Of a DNA stretch of 64,000 nt, positions 61,350 to 64,000 are shown in pieces. Every line of letters starts with the position of its first letter. The first letter of the stretch is position 1. The notes beneath the pieces are model-generated. The model was not told where the DNA came from. It did no database searches and saw only the letters and a list, made by a program, of their open reading frames with translations. Both the position numbers and the translations under genes were made by a program. This stretch comes from Camelus ferus (taxonomy: Eukaryota), in contig NC_045707.1 in assembly GCF_009834535.1 (NCBI RefSeq), positions 58,220,001-58,284,000 of the forward strand, written 5' to 3'.

Positions 61350-61528
61350 CAGTGGTTCTCAAGTTTTAGTACGCATCATCACTTGGTGGGCTTGTTACAC
61401 ACACATTGCCGAGGTCCACCTGGAGGGTCCGATTCAGGAGGTCTGGGTTGATGTCCAAGTATTTCATATCTGACTTATTTCCAGGGGATATTGATGGTAC
61501 TCTTGATTCCACACTTTGAGAACCAGTG
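61350..61528. mobile_element. MER5A-like MITE inserted in an L2
   Basis: TIRs cagtggttctcaa / ttgagaaccagtg. Confidence 0.8.
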
Positions 61529-62389
61529 ACTTTTGCTGTTTAAACCAGGTGAGAGTAGGTAGATCACCCAGAGAGTTAGCTTGGATATAAAAGAGTTCTG
61601 AGAACTGAGTACCTTTACTTAATGGAGGCAAGGGGTTGGATGAGGTACGGTGAGGTCTTGCCAGGAGGAGGAAAAAAGTTCAAGTAGTTAAGTAATTTTG
61701 GAAGATCTTTTGTGTTATATCACTCTCTTGGAAGTTTCAGAGTACGCACAAACATGATAAAGTTCCCGAGGAAAGAATTACACATGTTTTATAGAAAGGT
61801 TCTGTATGTCTGCCTTAGGACAGAAGGGAAGGGTTGCAATAGGGACTGTTCCCTTTCCTGGCTGGCCAGGGGAGGGTGGGTGTGGTATGAAAGTGGGAGA
61901 GGTATTGGCAGTTACAAAAGGAAAGTCATCTGAGTTATGGCAGAAACTATATGATCCCAATAAAAAGATCCTAGTGGAGTTTCCTAATTCTGAAGTCAGT
62001 TTGCTGTGTTTGAATTCCAGCCTTTTTTGAGAATCACTGACTAATACTGGTATTTGTATTTTTTTTTTAATAGATTTGATGTCAGACACAGTAGTTACTC
62101 AATAAAATTTAACTTTCACAAAACAGTCTTTTTTTGTTTTCTAGCTTGTAGATATATTTTAGAGTTTTTTTAATTTTGCTAATGCAGAGATTTATACTTT
62201 CTGTATTTATTATGTTGAGTTACACCTTTTTGCATTCAATTTCAGTTTTACTCTCATACATAATAAAAGAGTAGGGAGTAAATAAAGGCCTTTTCTTCTG
62301 ATTGCTTTAGCAGATTAGGTAGGCATGAATGTCAGGAATTTGTAGCCTTAAGATCAGTGAAACTTGTTTGCATCACCATGTAAGTTTCC

Positions 62390-62715
62390 TTATCTAGTAG
62401 ACAGTCACTACCACAGCTGGCTGTTGAGCACCTGAAATGTGACTAGTCTGAGTTAAGATGTGCTGTAAGTATAAAACACACACTGAAGTTTGAAGATTTT
62501 GTTTGAAAAAATGTTAGTGTTATTAAAACACTATTGAAATATTAAATGCTCATATATAACATGAATATGTATGAATTACATATTGAAATGATACTTTTGA
62601 ACTATTGGATTAAATAAAATTAATTTTACTTGTTTCTTTTTACTTCTTAAAATATGGCTACTAGAACATTTCAAATTATATGTAGCTTGCATTTTATTTC
62701 CATTGAACAGCTTAG
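62390..62715. mobile_element. MER33/MER3-like hAT MITE
   Basis: tggctgttgagcacctgaaatgtgactagtctgagttaagatgtgctgtaagtataaaacacacactga. Confidence 0.75.
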
Positions 62716-64000
62716 ATATGGGGGGGAGAAAATCACAATGGAAATATCTAACTTTTAATACTCTGGCATTTGTCAGTGGATGAAAAAACTACGTATGGAA
62801 GGGAAGAGGTCAACCAGATAGTGAATCATATAGTGTTATGAAAAGATTAACACAGATCTGTTACTTTAAATTGCTTGGCAATAGTAATTTGCATTATATA
62901 TTCAAAAGATCCATCGATAGAGAATCTTACACAAATGTTAGTTATAAAAATGACTTTGGAGAGAAAAACGACTATTTGTTACATGTGCCCTTTTTCTCAA
63001 GGAGGTGAGCCATAGTTTTTAAAAAACAAAGACATTTGTATTAATTTATATAGATAGGGCCTGACAATTTGAGGAAAATGCACATGTATTATCTGATTTG
63101 ATCATATAGCCCTCACTTTTGGTAATTGTAGAAACAGATTTAATGTCATGCCACTGATAGGTTTATTATACAAACTGGTGCTACTCAAACTGCCACCAAA
63201 TGACTCCTGGCTAAAAGAGAACATAGTTCTGTACCCCAGGAGTCCCGAGTTATACTAGTTATGATTGCCCTGTTCTTTGAAGTCTGTTCAACTCCCCTCC
63301 TCCCCAGTCTCTGAATATACTTAGTGGTCTAGGAATAGGCCATTTATGTGCTGTGCCTCTGCATACCAGGATGTGTGTTCCTAGAAGGGGTATATGTACC
63401 CTGAAATGAGAAATACAGAAAGTGGAACTCTGTCAGATCAAGTATTTCTTGAAGGCCTGTTTTATGAGTTCTAGATGTAGCATTGGATAGATGATGCCCC
63501 TGCTTTCTTTTCTCTTTTACCCCACCTCTCTACCTGTTCTTAACTGGAGGTTAATTCTGTTACACAATGTCTCCCCAACCCCCATCACATAAACACAATT
63601 TTTTCCTATAAATGAGAAGACTCAATACTATAAGGTTTACAAATTGCAACTTTTAGAAACAAAATTTTAGTAAGAGCAATCTGAGTAGAGATAAAATAAA
63701 CAAATTCAACAAGTACTTAAATCAAATAAGAATTAATTACAGATCCCAGGACTTAATCTGTTTTAGCCTCAATTTCCTTACTTGTAAAATGAGACTAATA
63801 CTCATCTTGATGTTGATATATGATTAGTAGTAAGAATGGTGATAATAACAGTAGAAGCTGGGTTTTATTGCTAAATACTCTGCTAAGCCCTGTGTAGTTG
63901 ATATTATTATTATTCTGTTTTATAAATGAAGAAATTGGCTTTATCTAGAATTCAGACCCATGCACTATTGTGTTAATTGAATTTATACCTTAATGCCCTT

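Larger units (their letters stand above)
35926..64000 (+). other. PAWR: PAWR intron 2 (partial)
   Basis: Starts GTGAGC. I found no sequence encoding the expected continuation (CLDEYEDDEAGQKE...) before the window end; the region is repeat-rich. Confidence 0.85.

Noticed and set aside
1..64000. CRISPR arrays, operons or other prokaryotic systems; remaining short ORFs in the track
   Set aside because: Sequence is clearly mammalian, with no regularly spaced repeat-spacer array; the short ORFs fall in repeats or lack coding features

Overview
Mammalian (eutherian) genomic DNA, most likely camelid: it carries tRNA-Ala(AGC)-derived Vic-1-type SINEs and artiodactyl-type L1 3' ends. The only gene I can support is the 5' end of PAWR (Par-4) on the + strand. 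It comprises a CpG-island promoter (~34.2-36.1 kb), non-coding exon 1 (donor at 34768), a 498-nt intron 1, and exon 2 (35267-35925), which encodes the first 170 aa (ATG 35416). A long intron 2 runs off the end of the window; I found no exon 3. The remaining ~60 kb is intergenic or intronic and dense in repeats: a 5-kb old L1 with both termini and a TSD, a near full-length HAL1, a full-length Tigger1, Tigger13a, MLT1 and MER21-like LTRs, hAT MITEs, L2, MIR, four Vic-1 SINEs, younger camelid L1 3' fragments and a truncated U6 retrocopy. I see no evidence for a new protein-coding system. The most unusual observations are (1) two identical ~50-nt L1-tail micro-insertions with different TSDs 2.1 kb apart, (2) a strong internal 5' splice site upstream of the PAWR ATG, (3) an altered caspase-site residue in Par-4, and (4) several composite regulatory motifs (TEAD/AP-1 within a MIR, STAT/NF-kB, CTCF). 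Repeat family names come from recalled consensus sequences, not from a search. Boundaries of old repeats are approximate.
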